64,000 bases of DNA. Source: Terriglobia bacterium. Its GTDB lineage: Bacteria; Acidobacteriota; Terriglobia; Bryobacterales; UBA6623. Positions within the stretch are counted from its first letter, which is position 1, and each line of letters opens with the position of its first letter. The notes beneath the pieces are model-generated. The model did not search any database. It was given only the letters and a program-made list of their open reading frames with translations, and was not told the DNA's origin. The stretch covers positions 577,756 through 641,755 of the forward strand of contig CAWGNS010000007.1 of NCBI GenBank assembly GCA_963824095.1. Reading direction: 5' to 3'. Shown piece after piece: positions 18,657 to 29,988 of this stretch. The position numbers were made by a program, and so were the translations under genes.

Positions 18657-18736
18657 GGGGACAGTCACCGCGTTTCGCACCTCGATTTGCACAGGTTTTC
18701 GGGATTCGCAGGGTGCGAAACACGGTGACTGTCCCC
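18657..18736. repeat. 80-nt near-perfect hairpin (25-bp arms)
   Basis: GGGGACAGTCACCGCGTTTCGCACC (18657-18681) versus GGTGCGAAACACGGTGACTGTCCCC (18712-18736): 24/25 complementary with a ~30-nt loop. Confidence 0.6.
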
Positions 18737-18857
18737 CTCCGGCAGCCCTCCGGCCGCAGCTTCTTGCGCCCGCGGCTCTGAGTGGCTCTGTGGCGTTGTC
18801 GCACTGCTGGCAGTGCTCCGTCCCGCCTTGAATCAGGTGAGCTAGACTGTAGCTGCT

Positions 18858-21008
18858 GTGCGCCTTCCGCCGAACCGGTTCCTTCCCCCGTTCTTTGCCT
18901 TGCTGTTGCTGCTGGCGCTTTTCATAGCCGGCGGCTCGATGGTTGGCGGGTTGGGAGCGGGCGAACCGGCCTGGCTCACGGCCACCCCTGAAAGCAAAGG
19001 CTTCGACAAGGCCAAGCTCGACGCCGCGCGCGACGTACTGGCGGCTCGCCATACCAGCGGCTTTCTCGTCATCCGCCAGAACCGCATCGTTTACGAGTGG
19101 TACGCCGCCGACTCGGGTCCTCACAAGCGCCACTACACGGCTTCGATGGCCAAGGCTCTGGTCGGCGGCATGTCGCTGATGCTGGCGCTCAATGATGGGC
19201 GCATCGCCGCCGACGACCTCGCCTCGAAATACATTCCGGCGTGGAAAAGCGATCCGCAGAAATCGAAGATCACCATTCGCGAGTTGGCGACGCATTCCTC
19301 CGGCATCGAAGACGCCGAGCAGGATGACATCGCGCACATGGAGCTGCCCGGCTGGAAAGGAGCGTTCTGGCGCCAGGACCCCGACCCGTTTACGCCCGCC
19401 ATTCACGACGCGCCGGTGGTGTTCGAGCCCGGCAGCGACTACGCCTACAGCAACACCGGGATGGCGGCGCTCGCCTACGCCGTTACGGCGAGCCTGCGCG
19501 GCACGAAGTACCCCGACCTGCGCACCTTGCTGCGCGAGCGGATCTTGCGGCCGATCGGCGCCGGCGACGATGAGTGGTCGATCGGCTACGGCAAGACGTA
19601 CAACGTCGACGGCCTGCCGCTGGTCGCCAACTGGGGCGGCGGCGATTTCACGGCCCGCGCCGTGGCGCGCGTCGGCCGGCTGATGCTGCAACGCGGCAAC
19701 TGGGACGGCCGGCAACTGGTCGAACCCGGCTGGGTGGATCGCGTCACCGCCTACGCGGGAATGCCGCTGGCGCCGCGCCCGCCGGGGAATCCGCAACCGC
19801 CGTCGGGCCTGGGCTGGTGGCTCAACAGCGACGGCGTGTGGCCGCAAGTGCCGCGTGACGCGTTTTCGGGCGCGGGCGCCGGGCAGCAAGTGCTGCTGGT
19901 GGTGCCGAGCCTGGAGTTGATCATCGTTCGCAACGGCACGGCGATGAGCGCGCCGTCGGAGCCCGAGAAATTCTGGGGCGGCATCGAGAAGTACGTCTTC
20001 AATCCGGTGCTCGATGCGCTCGACGGCTACGCGCCCGAAACCGGATTGCGCGCTGCCGCGCCGTATCCCCCGAGCCCGGTTTTTCGCGGTGTTCAATTCG
20101 CGCCGAAATCGGAAATCGTGCGGCGGGCCGAAGGCAGCGACAACTGGCCGCTCACCTGGGCCGATGACGGCAATCTCTACACCGCCTACGGCGATGGCTG
20201 GGGTTTCGCGCCGCGGGTGCCGCAAAAACTCAGCCTGGGATTCGCGCGCATCGGCGGCCCGCCCGACCACTTCGAAGGCGTCAACATTCGCACCGAGAGC
20301 GGGGAGCAGACCGGCCAGGGCGAAGCCGGCAAGAAAGCGAGCGGCATGCTCGCCGTCGACGGCCGCCTCTATATGTGGGCGCGCAACGCCGGCAATTCTC
20401 AACTCGCCTGGTCGGACGATCACGGCGCTACGTGGAGTTGGGCTCCCTGGACGTTCCGCACCAGTTTCGGCCACCCCGCGTTCCTCAACTTCGGCGCGAA
20501 CTACGACGGCGCGCGCGACGGCTACGTGTACGTCTACTCGCCCGACAGCCATAGCGCCTACCAGGCGGCCGACCGCATGGTGCTGGCGCGGGTTCCCAAG
20601 GACCGCGTCACCGAGCGGCCCATGTACGAATTTCTGGGCGCGGTGGAAGGCGACCAGCCCTACTGGGTGCGCCGCATCGAAGAGCGCACGGCCGTATTTT
20701 CCAACCGCGGGCGCTGTTACCGTTCGTCGATCAGCTATCACGCGCCGACCAAGCGCTATTTGTGGGTGCAGATTCTGCCCGGAGACGTGCCGCGCTTCCA
20801 CGGCGGCTTCGGCATCTACGACGCGCCCGAGCCCTGGGGCCCTTGGACCACTGTCTTTTACACCGAGAACTGGGATGTGGGTCCTGGCGAAAACGCGCAC
20901 CTGCCGACGAAATGGATGAGCGCCGACGGCCGCACGGCGTATCTGGTTTTCTCGGGGGACGACGCCTTTTCGGTGCGCAAGGTGGAGTTCACGCTGGCAC
21001 AGCGGTGA
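18858..21008 (+). CDS. Beta-lactamase-family serine hydrolase fused to an Asp-box/beta-propeller-like C-terminal domain
   Basis: Signal-like N-terminus, SxxK (SMAK) and YxN (YSN) motifs in the first half, and Asp-box SDDHGATW in the second half. GTG start. Confidence 0.75.
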   Translation: MRLPPNRFLPPFFALLLLLALFIAGGSMVGGLGAGEPAWLTATPESKGFDKAKLDAARDVLAARHTSGFLVIRQNRIVYEWYAADSGPHKRHYTASMAKALVGGMSLMLALNDGRIAADDLASKYIPAWKSDPQKSKITIRELATHSSGIEDAEQDDIAHMELPGWKGAFWRQDPDPFTPAIHDAPVVFEPGSDYAYSNTGMAALAYAVTASLRGTKYPDLRTLLRERILRPIGAGDDEWSIGYGKTYNVDGLPLVANWGGGDFTARAVARVGRLMLQRGNWDGRQLVEPGWVDRVTAYAGMPLAPRPPGNPQPPSGLGWWLNSDGVWPQVPRDAFSGAGAGQQVLLVVPSLELIIVRNGTAMSAPSEPEKFWGGIEKYVFNPVLDALDGYAPETGLRAAAPYPPSPVFRGVQFAPKSEIVRRAEGSDNWPLTWADDGNLYTAYGDGWGFAPRVPQKLSLGFARIGGPPDHFEGVNIRTESGEQTGQGEAGKKASGMLAVDGRLYMWARNAGNSQLAWSDDHGATWSWAPWTFRTSFGHPAFLNFGANYDGARDGYVYVYSPDSHSAYQAADRMVLARVPKDRVTERPMYEFLGAVEGDQPYWVRRIEERTAVFSNRGRCYRSSISYHAPTKRYLWVQILPGDVPRFHGGFGIYDAPEPWGPWTTVFYTENWDVGPGENAHLPTKWMSADGRTAYLVFSGDDAFSVRKVEFTLAQR

Positions 21009-21281
21009 AAACCAAACGCGAAGAAGTAGGACCCGCGAAACCAGAGCCGCTGGCGGAAAGCCTGCGGGCTGAGTCGACGAACATGGGCCGACGGAGATCA
21101 GACAGTGCTTGCGGCGAGGGAATGCTGTTTGCAAGCGAACGGCATTGCGGCGAACGGTCTTTACGGCTAGAGATTGTGCGCTTCGCCCCTGGGTTTCGTG
21201 CTGCTTCGGCTCGCCGGCCCATGCCTGCGGCTCTGTTTTCTTGATTCGGTGCTGGGTTGCCGATGGTCCGGGTTTGCTCTA

Positions 21282-21782
21282 ATGACCAGTATGCGTTTCG
21301 CGATTCTGTTGCTGGCAACGGCCCTGGGCGCGAGCGGCGAGTTCCGTCAGGTGGTGGTGGATTTTGAAGGCACCGGCTGTGTCTCCTGCGCCGAGTCGCT
21401 GCCGGGGCGGCTGGGGCGCGTGCGCGGCGTGGAGAAGGCGGATGTCGACCTCGACCACAATCGCCTGACGATTGGCCTCGCGGCCGGCAACAAGACGCGC
21501 CTGGGACCGCTGCTGTCGCGCATCACCCAGGACGGCACCAAGATTCGCCGCGTCGAAGCATTGGTGCGCGGCAGGATCATCGAAGCGGGCGCCACGCCCG
21601 GTTTCCAGCCGAGCGGCCTCACCGAAACCTATCTGCTCGAGCCCGCCGCAGACGCCTCGAAGGTCGCTCCCCAGGAAGACGTGTTGTACGAGGTTCGCGG
21701 CGTCGTGTCGCGGATCGAGCCGGGCGCCGATGCCGTAATCGCGGTGCAATCGATCGAAGCGATTCCCTCCGAAAAACAATAG
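21282..21782 (+). CDS. Secreted HMA-like (heavy-metal-associated) domain protein
   Basis: Signal peptide MRFAILLLATALGASG and a GTGCVSC metal-binding-type CxxC in a ferredoxin-like context. ATG 21282 is preferred over 21174. Confidence 0.6.
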   Translation: MTSMRFAILLLATALGASGEFRQVVVDFEGTGCVSCAESLPGRLGRVRGVEKADVDLDHNRLTIGLAAGNKTRLGPLLSRITQDGTKIRRVEALVRGRIIEAGATPGFQPSGLTETYLLEPAADASKVAPQEDVLYEVRGVVSRIEPGADAVIAVQSIEAIPSEKQ

Positions 21783-21953
21783 CAGTCGCATTGGGCGGGA
21801 ATTGGCGCGGCCGGGCAAGACCCGGGAGCACGTATTCCTCCAATGGATAGCAGCATTAGATGGGCGTCGATGGGCCATCCCGAGTATGCCAGCGCCGTAT
21901 GCCAATGCGGCATACCAGGCCCATTGCACCGCCGGCGATGTTCGCGTCCGTGT

Positions 21954-23873
21954 TCACGGCGCGGCTCTCGCCGCCTCGCGCTCCGCGGGCGGACGCCGCA
22001 CAATCGCCAGTACGCAGTGCGTGCCGCCGTTGAACAACATCATGTGGCGGGCATACACCGGCACCACCGTGTATTGGCTGGGAACTTGTTCCTGCAGGCG
22101 CGCGAACACTTCGTCCTCGAACTTGCCGAGGCCGAACGCGGGCACGAATAACTGATTGTCGACCAGTACCGCGTTGGCGTAGCTGATGCCCGACCACGGC
22201 ACCGCCAGCGAGCGGTCGCCGCCCAGACGCGGAATCCGAATCACGCGAAAGCCCACCTTCTCGATCGCCGCCACGGCCGCGTCGATGCGCGATTGGGTCT
22301 CGACCTCAAAGCCGGGCAACTGACTCTCGATCACCGAAAGCAGCCGTGGCACCAAGTGTTCGTCCGTGCGGTTTTGCAGGGCGGCTGTCACCCAGCGTCG
22401 CGCCAGCGGCAAGTCGGATTTGAGCAGCCGGGTTAAGCCGCCTCCGACGAGGCAGTCGGCGGGAGCCGCGGCGCAGTTCTTGCTGATGTAGCGCTCGATT
22501 TGCGAGGCAAGAGCGCCGTCCTCGATCTGCGGCCAGGTGGATGCAGCGCTTTTGGCTCGCGCGAGCGTCTTGCGCACCGCGCCCAATTCGTCTTCGAAGG
22601 CGCGCTTGCGATTCGCGAACAGCCGATCGAGCTCCTGCAGCTCCTTGGGCACCTGCGGATCGTAGTGTTCGAGCAACACGTCGAGCGCCGCGCGCGCCGC
22701 CGGAAAGTTCTCCGTCAGCGGCTGCGACACCAGCGCAATGCGGTCGCGCGCCAGGAACGCCACGAAATAGTCGACGTGCGGCACGAGCTTCGTCAGGTCG
22801 ACGGCGCGGTCGGCGCCGAACTCGAGTTGCAATACGTACTCGTACTCGGGCATGGTCAGCGATTCGCCCCAATAGGCTTTTGCGGAATCCCCGTAGAACA
22901 GGACGTTCCTGCTCGCATCGTTAGGATCCTGCACGAACTGCAAGTCGCCGCCCTCCCACGAAAGTTTCGAGCGCACGAAGCGCTTTTCGTTGAGCAGGTC
23001 GAGCATCGGGCGGAATAGCTCGCCGTCCGCCGCGCGGCCCTCGAACAGCCGCCGTGTCACGAGGATCTTTTCGCGGTCCCGGGCGCGCCCCGCTTTCAGG
23101 TAGTCCTGCACCCAGGGGTTGTTGGATTCGACCGCGTAGTTCCGCAGGCGGATGCGATGCGGCGTGTTGGGAAAATGGAAGGCCAGGGCGCGGCCGTATA
23201 AAGCCTTGTCCTGCGTGAACGCCACACCGATATCGATGTCGAGCGGCCGCGAGATTTTTGCCAGGATCGTCTTGGTGATGTCGAGCGCGTCGCCGAAAGG
23301 CTCGGTGCGCAGGGTGAGGAAATTCAGGGTTTCCAAATCGAAGAACAGCTCGGATGTTCGCAGGTTTTCGGGGGCGGCACGGAAGCCGGGAATAGTCGGT
23401 TCGAAAAAGATATGGCAGCGGCGGCTGCCGTGCTTTCGGATCAGGCTCGACTGGAACGGCAGGCCGCGCCGGGCGAAAAACGACTCCAGGGCCACCACGT
23501 CGTTGGCGCAGGCGAGTTGCAGAGCCCCGGGAGAAATCGCCTGCTCATAACCCGCCTCGGCGGGAATTGGCCGCAGTTCGACGTCGCCGGTCGACGCCGG
23601 CGAAGCCGGCCACAGCGGGCCGCACAGCATCGCCGCCTGCAGGCCGATGGCCGCCACGCGTGCCGCCGGCCGGCCGCGCACACTGCCAGGGCGCGAGACA
23701 CCCGCGCGTGGCCGATCGACACGCGAGAGGGTGATGCGCAATCGCGCGGCGCGGGCTCGCAAGCTGCGTGCAGGCGAAGGATCGGTGCACGGCGAGGCAT
23801 GGTTCGGTCGAAGGTCTGTGCCCGGCGGCTTGTGAATCAACGGCCCCTCCGCCGGTACAAAATCTGCTCCCAC
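21954..23873 (-). CDS. Oversized PAD_porph/agmatine-deiminase-like (pentein fold) protein
   Basis: Family-like motifs in order: PWVQDY, WEGGDLQF, PHVDYFVAF, ISYANAVLVDNQLFVPAF, and the C-terminal catalytic-type NGGTHC. At 639 aa it is far longer than the usual ~350 aa. The true start is uncertain. Confidence 0.6.
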   Translation of the reverse strand: MGADFVPAEGPLIHKPPGTDLRPNHASPCTDPSPARSLRARAARLRITLSRVDRPRAGVSRPGSVRGRPAARVAAIGLQAAMLCGPLWPASPASTGDVELRPIPAEAGYEQAISPGALQLACANDVVALESFFARRGLPFQSSLIRKHGSRRCHIFFEPTIPGFRAAPENLRTSELFFDLETLNFLTLRTEPFGDALDITKTILAKISRPLDIDIGVAFTQDKALYGRALAFHFPNTPHRIRLRNYAVESNNPWVQDYLKAGRARDREKILVTRRLFEGRAADGELFRPMLDLLNEKRFVRSKLSWEGGDLQFVQDPNDASRNVLFYGDSAKAYWGESLTMPEYEYVLQLEFGADRAVDLTKLVPHVDYFVAFLARDRIALVSQPLTENFPAARAALDVLLEHYDPQVPKELQELDRLFANRKRAFEDELGAVRKTLARAKSAASTWPQIEDGALASQIERYISKNCAAAPADCLVGGGLTRLLKSDLPLARRWVTAALQNRTDEHLVPRLLSVIESQLPGFEVETQSRIDAAVAAIEKVGFRVIRIPRLGGDRSLAVPWSGISYANAVLVDNQLFVPAFGLGKFEDEVFARLQEQVPSQYTVVPVYARHMMLFNGGTHCVLAIVRRPPAEREAARAAP

Positions 23874-24370
23874 TCATGAACTCCGCGAAGCTTCGACGCG
23901 GCGAGATTCAACTCCCCCGCGTCAGAATTCGGCCCGCCCCAAGGTCGGCTCGGACGAGCCGGGCGTGTCCTATTCATTCCATCGGTCCGGATCAAACAGG
24001 AAATGAGAGCGGCGCGCCGGGACGATTCCAACAGATGGTGCAGCCTACCGCGTCCTGGCGAAACCGGCTGTGGAAAACCGCGTTCAGCGATTTCGCAGCG
24101 CGCCCATGCCGCAAGTCGTTGATTTCCGGGGGCGCAAAAGCAAATATTGGTTTCGAACGCCGCGGCGGCCCCCCCGGATCCGGTTTTTTTCCGTAACCTC
24201 TGGCTACAAAACGATGAATTATCAGTAAGCTAGCAATGACGCTGAGCAATGGCCCGGAGTTACTGGGAGGATGCGCGGCCCGACGGCGGCGGCCGACGGA
24301 AAAGCGGCTGTGAGCAGCGGAGAGTCGCGATGAGTCTGAAAAGAACAGAGCGAAAGGGTGGTGAACCCGG

Positions 24371-25243
24371 ATGAGAGTTGCGAGCGCTTTCGTCTTGAGT
24401 ACGGTTGCGGTGATGCTGATGATGGCGGTGCTGCCGATGGGCGGCGCGCCGGCCGATTCCGGACAGCCCCGTGAATCGAACGCCGCGGTGCTGGTCGAGT
24501 TGTTTACTTCCGAGGGTTGTTCGAGCTGTCCGCCGGCCGATCGTCTATTGAGCGATCTCGTCGAACGCCAGCCGCTTGCCGGCGTCGAGATCATCGCGCT
24601 CGGCGAGCACGTCGATTATTGGGACGGACTGGGCTGGCGCGACCGGTTTTCGTCGCCGCAATCGACCGGCCGGCAGCGCGACTACTCGCTGCACTTCGGG
24701 CAGGACCGCATCTACACGCCGCAGATGATCGTGGACGGAGCCGAGGAATTTGTCGGCAGCGACAAGCGCCAGGCCGATCAGGCGATCCAGCGCGCCGCGG
24801 CACGCACCAAGGCGAACGTACGCATCGTCGCCGCATCGTCGCCGGGCCCCAAGGCGGACGGCGCCGGGGTGGCACGCTGGACGATCCAGGTCGACGCCCT
24901 TCCACCGCAGGCGTCGCCTAAGGTGGATGTCTATGTCGCGGTCACCGAAAACGGGCTCTCCAATCAGGTCGCCAAAGGAGAGAACCGGGGCCGCAGGTTG
25001 CAACACGCGGCGGTGGTCCACGTGCTGCAGAAGATTGGCGAGTTCGACAGCCGGCGCCAAGCGAAATCGGGGCATGAAGCGACGAAGGCGGAATCAGGCG
25101 CCGCGGCGGCATTCAAGCATTCGGTTGAACTGCCTCTCGACCCCGCCTGGGAGCGCCACAACCTACGCCTGGTGGCCTTTGTGCAAGAGCAACACACCGG
25201 CCGCGTCCTGGGAGCGGCAAGCCTGCCGTTCGACGCCGAGTGA
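24371..25243 (+). CDS. DUF1223-family secreted thioredoxin-like protein
   Basis: Signal peptide, then the hallmark VELFTSEGCSSCPPAD. Confidence 0.75.
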   Translation: MRVASAFVLSTVAVMLMMAVLPMGGAPADSGQPRESNAAVLVELFTSEGCSSCPPADRLLSDLVERQPLAGVEIIALGEHVDYWDGLGWRDRFSSPQSTGRQRDYSLHFGQDRIYTPQMIVDGAEEFVGSDKRQADQAIQRAAARTKANVRIVAASSPGPKADGAGVARWTIQVDALPPQASPKVDVYVAVTENGLSNQVAKGENRGRRLQHAAVVHVLQKIGEFDSRRQAKSGHEATKAESGAAAAFKHSVELPLDPAWERHNLRLVAFVQEQHTGRVLGAASLPFDAE

Positions 25244-25260
25244 CGCGGCTGGCCTACCCA

Positions 25261-25576
25261 AGCGGGACCCGGCACCCGTGACGTGAACCTCCAGGTTTGC
25301 CGCGTCCCGATTCGTCGGGACGTAAGGCCCCGTGGCGAAGAGGCCGGGGGACGTGCACGTCCTTTCCGGGGTCCGTTTCGGGCTTCTGTCTTGAACGATG
25401 GACAGGTTTCCCGTCCGCTTGGAGCCCGGCTGTGCCGGTTGACGGCCCTGGTTTCCCAGGTCAGCCCGCCGGGGTTTGCCGGCTCAGACCCTGCTTTTCC
25501 GGGTTGGGGCCCTACGTCCCGACGACTCGGGACACTGCAAACCTGGCCGTTCGCGCCACCGGTGCCCGGCCCGGCT
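25261..25576. mobile_element. MITE-like element bounded by ~57-bp inverted copies of the TIR-like repeat
   Basis: The left arm 25275-25331 and the reverse complement of the right arm 25506-25562 match at about 48/57 positions by eye. Weaker complementarity extends to 25261/25576. The ~175-bp core has no ORF. Confidence 0.5.
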
Positions 25577-25875
25577 GCTGTGTCTTGGAAGCCGGGCTCC
25601 TCTGAAGCGGAGTGTCCGGGTTCCTCGAAATGGAAGGTCGGCGCCCTCTCCGGCAACCCTGTAGGATTTTGTATCTTGTGCTACACTTCCACATCGTGGT
25701 AACCTCGCAAGGAAACATGGTGTTGGGTGGCGGTGGGGCGGAACGTCGTGGTAGTCTTGTAGCTTCGGTTGCTCGTCTGCGGTAACAGTACGATCGCCCC
25801 TGATCGTTTCCCCGAGTGTCAAGTAGGTTTTGCGCTTGCGGGCCGCCGGTCCGTAAGTTTCTCCCCTGAAATCAC

Positions 25876-27930
<2,055 letters not shown>

Positions 27931-28140
27931 GGCGCCCGGGATGGATTCCTACGGGGGCTGGCGATGTCCGGCAGGCGCCCTCCGGTGGGCTACCCCTTTT
28001 GTGGCCCTCCGAATAACAACGCCTCGTCGCTCGTCTGCTATGGAAACTCCTACCGATTGAGAGAGGGCCGGCCACCGCTTGCTGACGCGCGCGGCTCGGG
28101 TTCGCTCGCGCTCACGTTCGCTGACGCGCCGCTTCGCCGC

Positions 28141-29976
28141 CTAATTCTCCAACAGCGCCATTTCGGTTGCCGCCAGCAAGGCCATCGCGCCGCCGCGCGG
28201 GTCGGGGCCCAGGATGGCGGTGCGATCGAGGTACGCCCGCAGGTCTTTCTGCTTGCCGGTGCCGGTGCAAACGTCGACCAGCCCTCCGCCGGGCTCGATC
28301 CTGGTGCGCAGGGCGTACCAGGCGCGGTCGATGGCGGGGCGGTAGCGCGTTGCATCGAGCCAGCCCAGCCTTACGCCGCGCGCCATCGCGAAGGTGAGCA
28401 TCGCGGTGACCGTCAGCTCGCGATAGCTTCCGGGGAAATCGATCACCTCGTGCCACATGCCGCCAGCGTCCTGATGCGGCAGCAGCGCTTCGAGATGCGC
28501 GCGCAGGGCGGCCAGCATTTCAGCTCGGGCAGGGTGTTCCGCGGGCAAAGCGCCGACACTGAGCGTCAACCCCAGCGCGGGGAAGCCGTTGCCGCGGCCC
28601 CACGCGGTCTGGTCGAGCGGCGAGTGGCGATGCAGGCCGTCGGGCCGCAGGTTGAGCTTCAGCATGAAGCGCATGTGCTGCAGCGCCATGTCGATGTATT
28701 TCTCTTCGCCGGTGAGCAAACCGGCTTCGACCAGGACGGGGCACGACATGAACACAGCGTCGCTCATCTCGTTGTGCCCGGGCATCGCTTCGAGCGGCCG
28801 GCCCTGTGCATCGAAAGCGAGATTTGCGACAGGCCGCAGCGGCTCGATGTAGGCCGGGTTGCCAGTCGTGTGGGCAAGCTCGGCGAAAACCAGATGGCCG
28901 CCGAAATGACTGCCCGTGGGGTTGGGCCCCAGCGCCGCTTTTTCGCCGCGAACGAAGGGCGCCACGATGCGTTCGACGTCTTCGCGTTGGCTGGGGTCGG
29001 AGGTCAACTCGCCCAGGCGCAGGCGGCCGATCAACGCCAGCGCGTGAATGTATTCGACGGTTTCGAGCTCGTGGCCGTAGTGTTCGGACAACTGCCGCGC
29101 GACGTCGAGCGGCCTGCGGTTCAGCCGCTTCTGAATTTCCCGGCGGGCCGGGGAGGGGCCGTGAAAGCGCGCCGCTTCGACGGCGCGTAACAGTTCCGGT
29201 AGAAAGCCGCTGTCGCCGTGGACTTCGACCCGCAGCGCCGGAATCGTGCCGGTGTTACTCGGCGCGGCCTGGGCCAGCGCGGCGGCCAGTTCATCGGGCG
29301 CAAGCGGCGATTCATTGCCGGCGAGTTGCTTCGCCAGCGCCCGGAACTCCGCCGAGCCATTCGCAGGGACGAACCACGCTGGCGCTTCCCTGCCCCGACT
29401 CGCGCGCACTTCGACAACGAGGTCCGGCGCCTGCATGCCGATCCAACGCCACAGATAAGCCGCTTCCGGATCGGTGGGACTGCCATAAGCATCGCCTTGC
29501 GGCGGATAGCCTTGCAACGGGTGGCCCCCCGAAGCATTCGACGGCCCCACATGGCCGGCCCAGCCGTCAGGATTCGCGACAGGAACCAGCGAAACCGCAA
29601 AGCGCGCGCGGAAGGGTGCGCCGTCGCCGCTATAAAGCCAGCGCGCCGCCGCCAGTGAGGCGTTGACGGACTCGGGCGAGCCGTCGAGTCCGCCGACAAG
29701 CAGAATCCGCGTCTTCGCCGTCGCGTAATCGAGATCGTCGGCGGTGAGCAGCGCCGGAATGATCGTTTGGAGGCGCGTCACGCCGAGCGCCGTGCGATCG
29801 AGCGCCCCCGGCAGTTGCGCCGCATCGAGGAAGCGGTCGAGTCGTTGCGCCGGCCGGCCAGAAGCGGTCTGAGTGGAGCTTGCTTGGGCCTTCAGCGGCT
29901 GGGTGGAAACCGCCGAGCCGGCGGCTTGCAACACGACGAGCAGCACTGCGTGGGGGATCGAGCCCCTGGCGCTCAT
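28141..29976 (-). CDS. Secreted fusion: degenerate M14-like domain + GH88/GH105-like (unsaturated glycuronyl hydrolase) domain
   Basis: Signal peptide. The N-terminal half has VANPDGW but lacks an HxxE zinc site (GGLDGSPES in its place). The C-terminal half has WGRGNGF and alpha/alpha-barrel-like sequence. Confidence 0.6.
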   Translation of the reverse strand: MSARGSIPHAVLLVVLQAAGSAVSTQPLKAQASSTQTASGRPAQRLDRFLDAAQLPGALDRTALGVTRLQTIIPALLTADDLDYATAKTRILLVGGLDGSPESVNASLAAARWLYSGDGAPFRARFAVSLVPVANPDGWAGHVGPSNASGGHPLQGYPPQGDAYGSPTDPEAAYLWRWIGMQAPDLVVEVRASRGREAPAWFVPANGSAEFRALAKQLAGNESPLAPDELAAALAQAAPSNTGTIPALRVEVHGDSGFLPELLRAVEAARFHGPSPARREIQKRLNRRPLDVARQLSEHYGHELETVEYIHALALIGRLRLGELTSDPSQREDVERIVAPFVRGEKAALGPNPTGSHFGGHLVFAELAHTTGNPAYIEPLRPVANLAFDAQGRPLEAMPGHNEMSDAVFMSCPVLVEAGLLTGEEKYIDMALQHMRFMLKLNLRPDGLHRHSPLDQTAWGRGNGFPALGLTLSVGALPAEHPARAEMLAALRAHLEALLPHQDAGGMWHEVIDFPGSYRELTVTAMLTFAMARGVRLGWLDATRYRPAIDRAWYALRTRIEPGGGLVDVCTGTGKQKDLRAYLDRTAILGPDPRGGAMALLAATEMALLEN

Positions 29977-29988
29977 GTCGTCGCCCTC

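Noticed and set aside
18147-21134. 995-aa minus-strand ORF, the longest in the track
   Set aside because: It is antisense to the serine-hydrolase fusion (18858..21008), which has SxxK/YxN/Asp-box motifs. The minus-strand product is low-complexity Arg/Ala/Gly with no recognisable domain. The same reasoning rejects 8518..9768+, 12453..14003+, 26779..27804-, 27964..29190+, 35486..37240+, 39217..40599+, 40615..42816+, 45468..47183+, 48287..49978+, 51418..53442+, 60523..61575-, 62194..63285- and 62451..63905+.
24160-24192. CCGGATCCGG followed by TTTTTTT as a terminator
   Set aside because: The palindrome allows only a 3-4-bp stem once a loop is accounted for, and no convincing plus-strand gene ends upstream.
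23768-24594. ORFs 23768..24196+ and 23992..24594- between the PAD-like gene and DUF1223
   Set aside because: They have no motifs, overlap each other, and overlap the DUF1223 start region. They are probably non-coding promoter DNA for the divergent genes.
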